From NCBI GenBank assembly GCA_946965045.2, contig OX337231.1, positions 3,472,001-3,536,000 on the forward strand: 64,000 bases of DNA, written 5' to 3'. Below are positions 12,490 to 22,433 of the stretch, piece after piece (within the stretch, counting starts at the first letter, position 1; every line of letters starts with the position of its first letter). The translations under genes were made by a program, and so were the position numbers. The DNA is from Epithemia pelagica (Eukaryota; Protista; Bacillariophyta). The notes below the pieces were generated by a model that saw nothing but the letters and a program-made list of their open reading frames with translations, had not been told where the DNA came from and searched no databases.

Positions 12490-15408
12490 TCAACTCAAAA
12501 AGTATCGCGATCCGCTTCCGGTTCGTACCAGTTGACCGGGTGCAATGGTGCCCGTCGTAATGGGGCTTGTCGTGACACGATCTCCGTCTTCAAAGTTGCG
12601 GGAACCGGAAATAATGCCCGTCACGGCGCCCGTTGGTGTTTTGCGCCATCGTTTCAAGACGGGAACACCCTTGGGGGGAGCCATTGGTTTGGCAGCCGCC
12701 TTTTTGACGGGCTTGGAAGCAGTCGCTGGTTTGGGGATCCGTATCGATCCGGAGGTAATTGGAATGGACCGTGACGACGACGAGACAGAGGACGCGCTGC
12801 TGCTTTCATCGTCGTCTCCGAATCCCACAACTCCAAACAAGGAAATGGTGGCCCGTTGAACCGCATTGGAGAGGGACTCCAGAGCCGCCTGTTGACGAGC
12901 TCGACGAGCTTCACTGTCGTCCTGTTCGACAGTCGTACTCTTCTTGGCGGCTGCCGCCGCAGATTTAGCCTTGAGTGCTTGTCGTTGTTTCTGTTTGGCT
13001 TCGACTGCCTTTTGTGTGGCAGCCAGTTTTCGTTTGGCAGCCAATGCAGCTCGTTGAGTTTCGGCCGCTGCGGCTCGTTTGCGTGCGGCTTCGGCCTTTT
13101 GTTCTTCCAACTGTTGTTTCTTGGCCGCTGCGGCAGCCGCCCGTTTGCGTGCGGCTTCGGCCTTTTGATCTTCCAGTTGTTGCTTCTTGGCCGCTGCGGC
13201 CGCGACCCGTTTCCGTGCGGCTTCGGCCTTTTGTTCTTCCAACTGTTGCTTCTTGGCCGCCGCAGCGGCAACCCGTTGGCGTGCGGCTTCGGCCTTTTGT
13301 TCTTCCAACTGTTGTTTCTTGACCGCAGCGGCAACCCGTTGGCGTTCGGCTTTAGCCTTTTGTGCCTGGACTTGTTCTTGTCGGGCCGCCGCCGCCGCCT
13401 TTTGTGCTTGAACTTTGGTGGCTCGTTCTTGTGCTAGTTTTTGTGCATCGGCTTGTTTGACTTGGGCCACGGATTCCAAAAAGGCTTGTCGTTTGCGTTG
13501 GGCTTCTTGTCGTTTGACTTGCAATTCTTCTCGTCGGGCCGCGGCAGCTGCCTCTCGTTCCGCCTGGAGTTGGGCGCGTCGTTGTTCGGCGGCTGCTTGT
13601 TGTTGCTGTTCTTGTTGTTGTTGTTGCTGCTGCGCGGCAGCTGCTGCTTGTTGTTGTTGTGGTTGTTGTCGTTGCGGTTCGGGGGCCATGGTGGTGGGTG
13701 GGGGTGGTGATGGTGATGGTGCTTTGGGTGCTGCTTTGGGTGCTGCCTTTATGGTCGAATCCTGGACCAAGGCAGCCAATTGCGCCCGGGCTTGCAAAGC
13801 CCTGGCTTGGGCCGCTTCCAGTTGGGCCTTGAGTGAGGCGGCTTCTTGTGCTCCTTGTTGTTTTAATTTCTTGGTGGTGGAAGGTGGTGGTGGCACGGCC
13901 ATGCCCGCCGCCGCTCGCAACCCCGACAATCGTTCCGAAGCACTTGCCGTGTTGGTGACAACCGCCGAAGGAGGAGGAAGTTGGGAGGGTGGTGTGGGAG
14001 GAGGAGGTGATTTGGCAAGACTCTGGTCGTCGTTGTCGTCTTGGTTACTTGCACTCCGCGCTTGAGTGGAGGTGACATAGTCATCGACGCCCACGCCCGT
14101 CAAGGGCGACAGGACTTGTTTGCGGACGCGTCCGACGACGCGGGACCAGGGTCGCGTCCACACATCCAACGTGGCTTGCCCCGTGGCATAGCGGTAGCCT
14201 TCGGGACCGCCCAACCCGCCACCATTGCCCATTGAAGGATCCAAGACGTAGGACGACGTGATGCGAGTACAAAATCCTTCCTCGTCCAAAACAAAGGACA
14301 TGGCTTGGGGACAGCCTTGATAGCCGGGACCGGTGGGGACCACATCGACCCAGACTCGGACCGGGTCGTAGGGATCGACGCGAAAATGCGAAAAGGCGGG
14401 ATCGACCGACTCAAATTCCTGCACCGCATAATTTTCCAAAAAGGACGCCTTGTTGATGGGGCCGACGTACGGCGTCCAAAATTCAAACTGGTCGTCCGAC
14501 AAGAGGGAGGGATCTTGCGAGGCCAGGGTGGTGGCCAAGATGCCCTTGGCCAATTGAATCATGACCGTTTCCGGAAAGGGTGCCAAGACCGATTTGGATT
14601 CCAACAAGGGTGCAATGGGTCGTCCAAAGAATCGATTCCACACGGCCGGGGCCGGATACAAGTCCCAGTCCGACAAGGCTTGTCCGGCCACGAGGGCGGC
14701 CGCCAAGACACCGGTACTGCCCTTGGTATTGCCCACTTGTCGATCCATACAAAAACCGGTACATAATTTTTGTACCTTGCCCAAGGGGGTAAAGGTCATG
14801 GAAATGGTTTCGGGCGGACCGAGCCAGCGCTTGCCCGTGGGCGGTAAGGTCCCATCGCGCAATCGGAGGGCCCCCCGCATGGTCCCCGTGACACGACACG
14901 TGACGCGAATGGTCCAGGGATTGCTTTCATCGATTCGAAAATCATGGGGTCGATATTCCAAATCGGGAAAGGCGGCGCGCAAATCAAAAAAGCGTCCGGC
15001 GGCAATATAATCGAGTTTGCCCAAGGGTTCATCGACGTACGGGCCAATCCAGACAAATTGATTGTCATCGGCGAGCAAGGATGGATCCAAAATACCAAAA
15101 TCAGACGCCACCATGCGACGCGCTTGTCGAATCAACCCCAAGGGTGTTGCTTCAAAGGCACCATCGTCGTCGTCCTGGTTGTTGGTGTCGTCTTGTTGGC
15201 TGCCCAGGTTGCCCAAGGATGGAAACAAACTTTCCAAACCACCCACGTGCAATCGACTGGATGTTGTTGGTGTTGTCGTTTTGTGTTGTGGCAATGTGGA
15301 GGGACGAACCAACGACGAGTGGAAATGGACAAAGGCGTTGGTCCAACAAGATCCACTGGCCGTGACGGCCATTACTGCCACAGCGATCCTCCAACAAGAA
15401 TGGACCAT
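12490..15408 (-). CDS. Predicted plastid-targeted protein (about 972 aa): two NTF2/SnoaL-like domains, Pro/Gln/Ala-Lys coiled-coil region, C-terminal PyShell-like beta domain
   Basis: ATG at 15408. Signal peptide ends TNA|FVH (ASAFAP-like). Two homologous blocks carry DPSLL..D.F...PYV and FR.D...P. The C-terminus is PKGVPVLKRW...GAVTGIISGS.NF.DG..VTTSPI...V.TGSGSRYFL. Confidence 0.75.
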   Translation of the reverse strand: MVHSCWRIAVAVMAVTASGSCWTNAFVHFHSSLVRPSTLPQHKTTTPTTSSRLHVGGLESLFPSLGNLGSQQDDTNNQDDDDGAFEATPLGLIRQARRMVASDFGILDPSLLADDNQFVWIGPYVDEPLGKLDYIAAGRFFDLRAAFPDLEYRPHDFRIDESNPWTIRVTCRVTGTMRGALRLRDGTLPPTGKRWLGPPETISMTFTPLGKVQKLCTGFCMDRQVGNTKGSTGVLAAALVAGQALSDWDLYPAPAVWNRFFGRPIAPLLESKSVLAPFPETVMIQLAKGILATTLASQDPSLLSDDQFEFWTPYVGPINKASFLENYAVQEFESVDPAFSHFRVDPYDPVRVWVDVVPTGPGYQGCPQAMSFVLDEEGFCTRITSSYVLDPSMGNGGGLGGPEGYRYATGQATLDVWTRPWSRVVGRVRKQVLSPLTGVGVDDYVTSTQARSASNQDDNDDQSLAKSPPPPTPPSQLPPPSAVVTNTASASERLSGLRAAAGMAVPPPPSTTKKLKQQGAQEAASLKAQLEAAQARALQARAQLAALVQDSTIKAAPKAAPKAPSPSPPPPTTMAPEPQRQQPQQQQAAAAAQQQQQQQEQQQQAAAEQRRAQLQAEREAAAAARREELQVKRQEAQRKRQAFLESVAQVKQADAQKLAQERATKVQAQKAAAAARQEQVQAQKAKAERQRVAAAVKKQQLEEQKAEAARQRVAAAAAKKQQLEEQKAEAARKRVAAAAAKKQQLEDQKAEAARKRAAAAAAKKQQLEEQKAEAARKRAAAAETQRAALAAKRKLAATQKAVEAKQKQRQALKAKSAAAAAKKSTTVEQDDSEARRARQQAALESLSNAVQRATISLFGVVGFGDDDESSSASSVSSSSRSIPITSGSIRIPKPATASKPVKKAAAKPMAPPKGVPVLKRWRKTPTGAVTGIISGSRNFEDGDRVTTSPITTGTIAPGQLVRTGSGSRYFLS
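13060..13350 (-). repeat. Intragenic 66-bp tandem repeat (22 aa, KKQQLEEQKAEAARKRxAAAAA), about 4.5 copies
   Basis: GCGTGCGGCTTCGGCC and close variants recur at 66-nt spacing from about 13081 to 13280. Confidence 0.9.
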
Positions 15409-17252
15409 GGTTCGGTTGCAACTATAGAGAGAAGGAATTTGTCTTTTCTCGGTATTGTGTACCCGGATCGAATGATGGTGGTTCAATCCAACAGAATTCG
15501 GATCGGAACGAAACCGTGTGTGTATGTTTTGATTTTTGATACAGAATGCCTCGGTTGGTTTTGGATACGCTTGTCGTTCCTGACACGGTCACTGGTGGTA
15601 TCCACAGGGATTGTTCAGTCTCTCGAGCGCCAGACACTTTCACTATGCTGCTGTCCTTGTTGCTGTTTCTTCAATCGACTCTCTTACCACAAATTTTCGG
15701 CGGAGGAAGGATCCTTTGCCACTATAACTCAACGCGATGGAATACTTTCTTTGATGTCTTTTTGGCGTGTTGTTGGATGCAGATGAATGATGTGTTGTGA
15801 TTGGAGGATGGATGGATTCGACTGACATCAGTGCGTGTTTTGGCTTTGGATCCGCGACTGACTGTGGGCGGACAGACCGTCGCCTACGTCAGTCGCAGTG
15901 TCGCAGTTGCCGATGAAGAGCTTCCGGATCGCACGCTCAAGCTTCACTTCCGGACCAAGGACAACGACCATGAGGAGCCAGGGGGAGACTTGACATGGCC
16001 GGTTCACGGGGATCCAGACGCGCATTCCACATGTAGTATGCTGTTGACGACGGAGACAGTCATTGGACGCATTGAAATCTCTCTACACAAGATCCGCGGG
16101 AACAGCACGACACGACAACGACAACGACGACACAACCACGGCAGGCAGGCCCATGATCCAACCACAAAGGTGCTGCTAGAATTCCCAAGACGAGAATCGA
16201 CACACCAGGCCGCCTTCGAATCACACACATGGCTACCAAGAAAAAGGGCAGCCACCAAGAACCCGAAGCGGATTCGCCTACCAGTACCACTGTGTTATCG
16301 TTTCTAGGTAGTGGGAACGAGAGACCCCAGAATCGGCATTCATTGCTGCTCTCCCAAAGACTCTGGTTCTCAGAACGAGTCACTCAAAAAAGACCAGGAG
16401 GTGCTCCGGATCATTGGGTTTTGGTTTTTCAAGGACCACAAGAGAGAGAGGGACAGGTTGTCCTGAAAAACAGGCTTGCGCGCGCACTACCAGAGTCCAT
16501 GAATTTGTGGACACAAAAGAGAGATTGCGAGAGAAAGAATGTCAACCGTACGGTTTCAACTGGAACCACCAAGTGGCCTTGTCTCTCTTTCCAGGACTAC
16601 ACTGGTAAGAAGGATGCTTTTACACGCATCCGAAGAATGTAGTGATTGTATGGTGGCTCGGTTCCGTGGCACTATTCTCGCCGAGATTGTGGCTGGGGTA
16701 TTGGTCTTGTTTCACTTTTGGTATTGAAATGGTGTTTGTCAGTGTACACACCATTGTCGGATGTACCGGCCTCTTGGTTGGATCACACTGCGAATCGGAC
16801 AGTTGACAAGGGACAAAGTCTTGTGCGCAACCGCAAACGGTGTGAATGTTCCACGAACCATTTACCCACACGTAAAGTTTCTAGAGTTTGGACGTGCACA
16901 TCCATGACGGACTTGTAATAGGTAGGTAGTCACACAGACCACCTCTTGGATTGTGGTGGTTCGGTGGAGTACAAACTGATTTAATCAGGCACAGTATCGA
17001 ACGTGTCGTGACTCGTGACCCTGAACTCCATGCTTATGGCTCACATCACAAGACAAGTCACAGAAAGTCCAAGCGTTGACGCAAACTGGTATTACCGATA
17101 CGAAGCATGCTATGCCAACGAGCTGAACGTGAAAAAGAACAGAGTAACGACAACAAAGTGGTTTTTCGATGGAACTATAAAGCAAGCACTATATTCATCT
17201 CATCCATAGCAAATGGCGTATAGATAACACTGTCCTCCTCTCTCTTCTCTGC

Positions 17253-17564
17253 TTAAAGCTTAGCCAAAGTACCGTATCCAATCGCGAAACCAACGGCAAG
17301 GGAGACCACACATGCGACAAGGCCGGCTCCGTATCCAATGACAACACCCTCATCAACAGCGTTGGCGGCGGCCACAGGGGCGACAGCCGTGGCAAAGGCG
17401 GCAATGGCGGCCTTCTTGTCTTGCAAGGCTTCAGGGATCATGTTGTTCTTGCTAGCCGCCAAGGGTGAAACGGCGACCGTTCGCTGTTGTGGCATGGGGG
17501 CGAAGGCCGAAGCGCCAGCGAACAAAGTAGCAACAAGGACAAACAACTGGAAAAAGGACTTCAT
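17253..17564 (-). CDS. Small plastid (probably thylakoid) single-TM protein, 103 aa precursor
   Basis: MKSFFQLFVLVATLFAGASA|FAP is a canonical ASAFAP motif. A second hydrophobic stretch ends AANA (lumenal-signal-like), then a ~34-aa mature peptide with a Gly-rich TM helix. Confidence 0.8.
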   Translation of the reverse strand: MKSFFQLFVLVATLFAGASAFAPMPQQRTVAVSPLAASKNNMIPEALQDKKAAIAAFATAVAPVAAANAVDEGVVIGYGAGLVACVVSLAVGFAIGYGTLAKL

Positions 17565-18618
17565 GGTGGATATTTCTAAACTCTGTTTTTGACACAAGTC
17601 AGGAGAATAGCAGACAAGAGAGAAAGAAATGTGAGACCCATTCCTCCGCAAAAGTCATTCGACAGAAAAGACATAAACCCAAGACTTAGTGAACCATCAA
17701 AGGTGCTGCAAATGGGCGACTACCATGGCAACAACACCTATACAGCAGACAGCGCCTCGCCTCCTTCCCACACGGCTCTCCCTTTAATATCGGCATCCTC
17801 CTGTTCCAGTTCGGTCCATGGTCCATCCTATTACGTACCGTCGGTTTGTAATGTGGTTGAAGACGCACGAAGAGGGTGTGTGTATTTTCTTTTCCCTTTT
17901 GCGCCTCGGTTTGTTGTCTGACGTCTGACGTTTGTGTTTCTCCCTGTCTGTCGTCCGTCACATCCTTGGTACCGTGCGCGTGCAATGCAGGATGATGCAG
18001 ACGCCTGGGCGTGAATGACACGACACACATTGGTCGCTCCTCGTTCGCGTTTCATTTGGATGGATAGACTATGCCTTTTAAAGCAGCCGAGTCTATTGTC
18101 GAGTACTGCTACTTCTCCTCTCCATGGGAGTGCTTGTCTTCTCAACCCCAAAGCAACCGAGTCTCTATTCTCGAATACTTCTCCTTGCTCTGCTTCTTCT
18201 CTATTCCGAAAGCAACCGGGTTTATTCTCGGATACGTCTCCTCGCTCTGTAGCTAGAGAGGAGGTGCTTCTTCTATTCGTTCAACCATGGTGCTCTACTG
18301 TATGATTGGGAGTAACAACGGCGCCAGATTCTGTCGCAACGAGGTGGGATGTTGAAGCATGAACCATGATATAGAATTGAGTTGTCTTGTTTCTATTCAT
18401 CATTTAATGCAATATGGTGTGTCAAGTGAAGGAGCATCGAGGCGCCGTTCCTCTCCGCCGTCGACAGTCTCTCGAACTAAACAATGCGCGAATGATGCCT
18501 ACTGAAAAGGGCATGGCTTGCCCCGTTTTCTTTGGATATGCCTGTCATGGACTATCATTCAAGATACGGTGTCATTCCTCTCTCGTCGTGTCACAAGGGT
18601 TCGGGCAATTGTGTTTGT

Positions 18619-19149
18619 TTATTTGCCCTTTCCCTTTGGTACCTTCTTGAATCGACGCTTGGGTGCTCCACAGGGTGGGCAGGAATAGCTATCGGGGAGC
18701 TTGGCCCATTCTTTGGGGCCTTTGGTAAAGACCTAGCCACAATCCTGTACATTGTGGTAGTAACGAGTAAAACGGAAACTGTGAGATGAAATGCGCCGTT
18801 TCCAAAAGATTCTATGTCATCCAGTCCAAGGTCTTTCTCCCCCAAGATGAATCGCGCGTTCCAGTGGACCATTATTTGGTTGGTTGGTGACCGTTCCGAT
18901 GGTATGGTCGAACTAGCAGCAGTACAGCAGAATTAATGTACCTACCGGGCAGAGGTAATCGCCGGGACTTCCATCATCTTTGGGTTGACCAAAGAAAAAC
19001 AATCGGGTCGTCAACGATCGTGGAGACAACGACATTGTCACGGGGGCATGGAGTCGTTGATGTTGTGGAGAGGAAGATTGTGGAACAACGACAAATCCCA
19101 TGGACAGTTGACAAAGAAACAAGACGGCAAGCACAACTCGGGAGAACAT
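18619..19149 (-). CDS. Plastid-targeted rubredoxin-like protein with an internal TAG (exons 19149-18946 and 18744-18619)
   Basis: Spliced product reads ...DYLCP|DCG*VFTKGPKEWAKLPDSYSCPPCGAPKRRF, giving two CxxCG knuckles. Intron 18745-18945 is GTAGGT...TACAG. TAG at 18735-18733. N-terminal signal peptide ends SMG|FVV. Confidence 0.8.
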
Positions 19150-19708
19150 GATGGCAGTGGCTGGGATAGGTTCCTTGTGGAAACAACAACTTATGAGATG
19201 GATTGATGGACAACACACTTGAGAATGGTGTGATGATGATGATGCAAGGGTGATTCTGTGTTGTTGTTGTTTGGTTGATTGTGATGGGGTGGAGTGAATC
19301 CGTCAATGAGCCGAACGACGATTGGTGCAGAACGTGTCGCAGCTCGCATATTCCAGTTGACGTGTCTTTGGTGCGTCATGAGTCACGATCTACAGATCTC
19401 AGACTGAGCTACCTATTGGATCCATATGGTAGTTTCCCTCCAGCATCCTTTCAGTCACGGGAGGGACGATCCAAACGTGGATGCGTCGTCACCATTCATT
19501 GTATTGGAGGAGTTGGAATGACGTGTATGGTGCGATCGACGATGATGCAAAAGATCCCTCTGGAGTGAATCCAAACCCACATCGAGATGCTTTTGATTTT
19601 GATGAAATGAATCCAAGAACAGCACCTCTGTACAATCTGTTCTCACAAACTTGAGCGAGAGATTCTACAATATAGTGACTACGACAACAACAACAACTGA
19701 ATATTATT

Positions 19709-21525
19709 ATGGTCCTTTCCACCTTGGCCACCTCGTGGTCGTCAACGATTCGTCGTGCGACGACAGCATCCATGATCCTACCAACCCGGACGACGACGAC
19801 GACGACGACCGCTCTGTCGGCCGTGACGGCTCGTGGATTTGCCGCCACTACTACTACCAAGGACGACCGCAAAGCGGGCAATCGCGTGGTCGTATTGGGA
19901 TCGGGATGGGGAGGGTTTCAATTGGCCTTGAACATGAACAAGAATGTGAACATGACGGTGGTGTCACCCAACAATCATTTTGTCTTTACACCCCTCTTGC
20001 CATCGGCGTCAGTGGGCACCTTGGAATGTCGCTGCATTCAAGAACCGATTCGTACCATTTTGGGCCCCAAGGGAACCTTTGTCCATGCCTGGGCCAAGTC
20101 CTTGGATACGGAAAACAAACTGGTCCATTGCGAATCGGTCCATCACGACACCTTTACGGTTGAATACGATCAACTCGTCATTGCCGTGGGTGTCCAAACC
20201 AATACGTTTGGGATTGAATCGATTCAACATGACGCCACGCAAGGTATTTTCTTTTTGAAACAATTGGCCCATGCACGGGCCATTCGAACGCACATTATTG
20301 ATTCCTTTGAAAAGGCGGCCATTCCCACCGTTTCGCCCGCCGAACGACAACGACTCTTGTCCTTTTTGGTGGTGGGTGGGGGACCCACCTCGTGTGAATT
20401 CACCTCGGAATTGCATGGTACGTCGTGGCGAGTGCTCTAGTAGTAGAGCGTGCTTTCATTGTGTTTGCAGTGTGTGCCATGAACTTGCAATCTTTTGATT
20501 CGACCGTCACAATCCAGGCTCACACAAACTCTCCCTCTCTCTCTGGAATCTCTGGAATCGTCTTGCTCTGTATCGATCGCCGCGCTTTTTGGTTACGTTT
20601 CTGTTTTGTACACTGCAACCAACAACGACAACCACAACAACCCACATATGTCGCAGATTTTGTCAAGAATGATGTCCAACGCTTGTATCGTGATTTGCTC
20701 CCGTACGTCAAAATTACCGTCGTGGAAGCGGGCCCCTCCTTGTTGGGACCCTTTGACAAGGCATTGCAAGACTATGCCTTGGGTTTGTTTGGACATCGGG
20801 ACATTGACGTTCGATTGGGGACGGCCGTCTTGGGTGTTGAGGACTATACAGGAGACGGTTATCATTTTCCGGCCAAACGAGCCGTCTTGTCGGACGGCCA
20901 ATCCTTGGAATTTGGAACCATGGTATGGTCGGCTGGATTGGCACCAACGGAATTTGTCCAAAATTTGGACCAAAGAAACAACAACAACGACGACAAGAAC
21001 AAGGACAAGGACAAGAAGGATGACACGGAGACGACCAAAAGCCCCAGCATTCCTCGGCATCCTCGGACCAATCGCATCTTGGTAGACGATTATCTCCGGG
21101 TCAAGGGTCATGAAGGATCCATTTGGGCCATTGGAGATGCCGCCGTCAATGAAACCGGTGTCCCCCTGCCCCAATTGGCCCAAGTAGCCCGACAAGAAGG
21201 AATTTATCTGGCCAAGGTATTGAATGGAACGCAAGGTGAGGACGCCAAGCCATTTGAATTTTTTAGTTTGGGATCCATGGCCTTTATGGGAGATCTCAAG
21301 GGCGTGTACGATGGCAGTTCGGTCGGAACGCTCAAGGATCCAGCGGCCGAACCCAAAGAAACTGGTTCCACGACGACGCCACCACCGGCCCTCAAGGGAT
21401 TCATGGCCCTCTTGTTGTGGCGGTTTGCCTATTGGGGTCGACAAACCAGTATTGTCAACAAAATTTTGATTCCCATGTATTGGTTCAAGGCCTTTGTCTT
21501 TGGTCGAGACATTTCTCGATACTAG
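19709..21525 (+). CDS. Type II NADH dehydrogenase (NDH-2), probably mitochondrial (exons 19709-20417 and 20657-21525; about 525 aa)
   Basis: VVVLGSGWGG and VVGGGPT Rossmann motifs; AIGDA; LPQLAQVARQEG; C-terminal GRDISRY. Intron 20418-20656 (GTACGT...CGCAG) is phase 1. S/T/R-rich presequence. Confidence 0.92.
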
Positions 21526-22433
21526 AGAGAAAACAACCAGAGACGTTCGGATAGATGGATGGAGTTCATCGGCGATACCACGGAGATTGTGTCATTGCAG
21601 TACATGTCGAGAGGACTCAAAGAGGTCCACGTTTTACTTTTACCTTTTTCACAAATTGTTGCACATTTTTTATCGGATCCATTTCACACAACACGCTCAT
21701 GTCTAGACTGGACGAATCATAAACATAGACTTTTGAACTTGAACGGGTTGCTGTGAACACAACTGTTTGATCGTATAGTCGTGGCATTCGCCATACTGAA
21801 CAAGAGAAGCTATGGTTATAGAGATCCCTATCGTTGCATACCGCCCATTCTATGACATAGTTTGGTCACTCGTTTGAACTGGACAGCAAGACAAGTACGA
21901 GTGATCCTCTCACAGAAAATCTTGATTAAAAGTTTGGTTCGGTTTCAAAACTCAGCATGGTCCCTAGCCTATTTTTATCGTGGGGAAAGCCGGTATTACT
22001 TCTTGTTCTTCCCTCTTTCTCTTCCTCGTGAGGATGCTGAGGACTTACAAATCCAATTTGTGGGGATTGGCAGGTCGCAGTACTTGGTCTTGGTCGTGGG
22101 GAAAATGGCAGAAGGATACGCCAGCCGAGGCACTAATGCCATGGGAACTGCCCTCACTTATTGGAAGATTCGCGGCTTCTGGAGAACCCAGGTTCTCGGA
22201 TGCGTCAAATCACAGAAGACACTCTTTTCGATAATATTGATGTATTCAATGACGTCTTGCTCAATACCGACTACCAGTAGTCGTTTGACGCTCGACAAGT
22301 GAAGCTCTTGTGTCTTGTGTGCGGGGAGACAAGGTTCGGTTTCTGCGTAATGCGCACCATTTGGAATACCTCCATGTTTGTTCCAATAATCACGACATGA
22401 CCCTCACCAAAATCTGTTACCAATCGGAGTAGC

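Noticed and set aside
13060-13350. CRISPR-like periodic repeats, also considered for 38420-38525 and 51946-52031
   Set aside because: These are contiguous tandem repeats without unique spacers; two of them are in-frame coding repeats in eukaryotic DNA.
14000-15200. Calling the SnoaL-like domains an iota-class carbonic anhydrase
   Set aside because: They probably share the NTF2-like fold, but the iota-CA C-terminal HHSS motif is not present, so activity cannot be claimed.
12545-16700. Many overlapping or antisense ORFs of 100-280 aa, here and opposite eIF4G and NDH-2
   Set aside because: They are shadows of GC-rich, low-complexity coding sequence and have no independent domain signatures.
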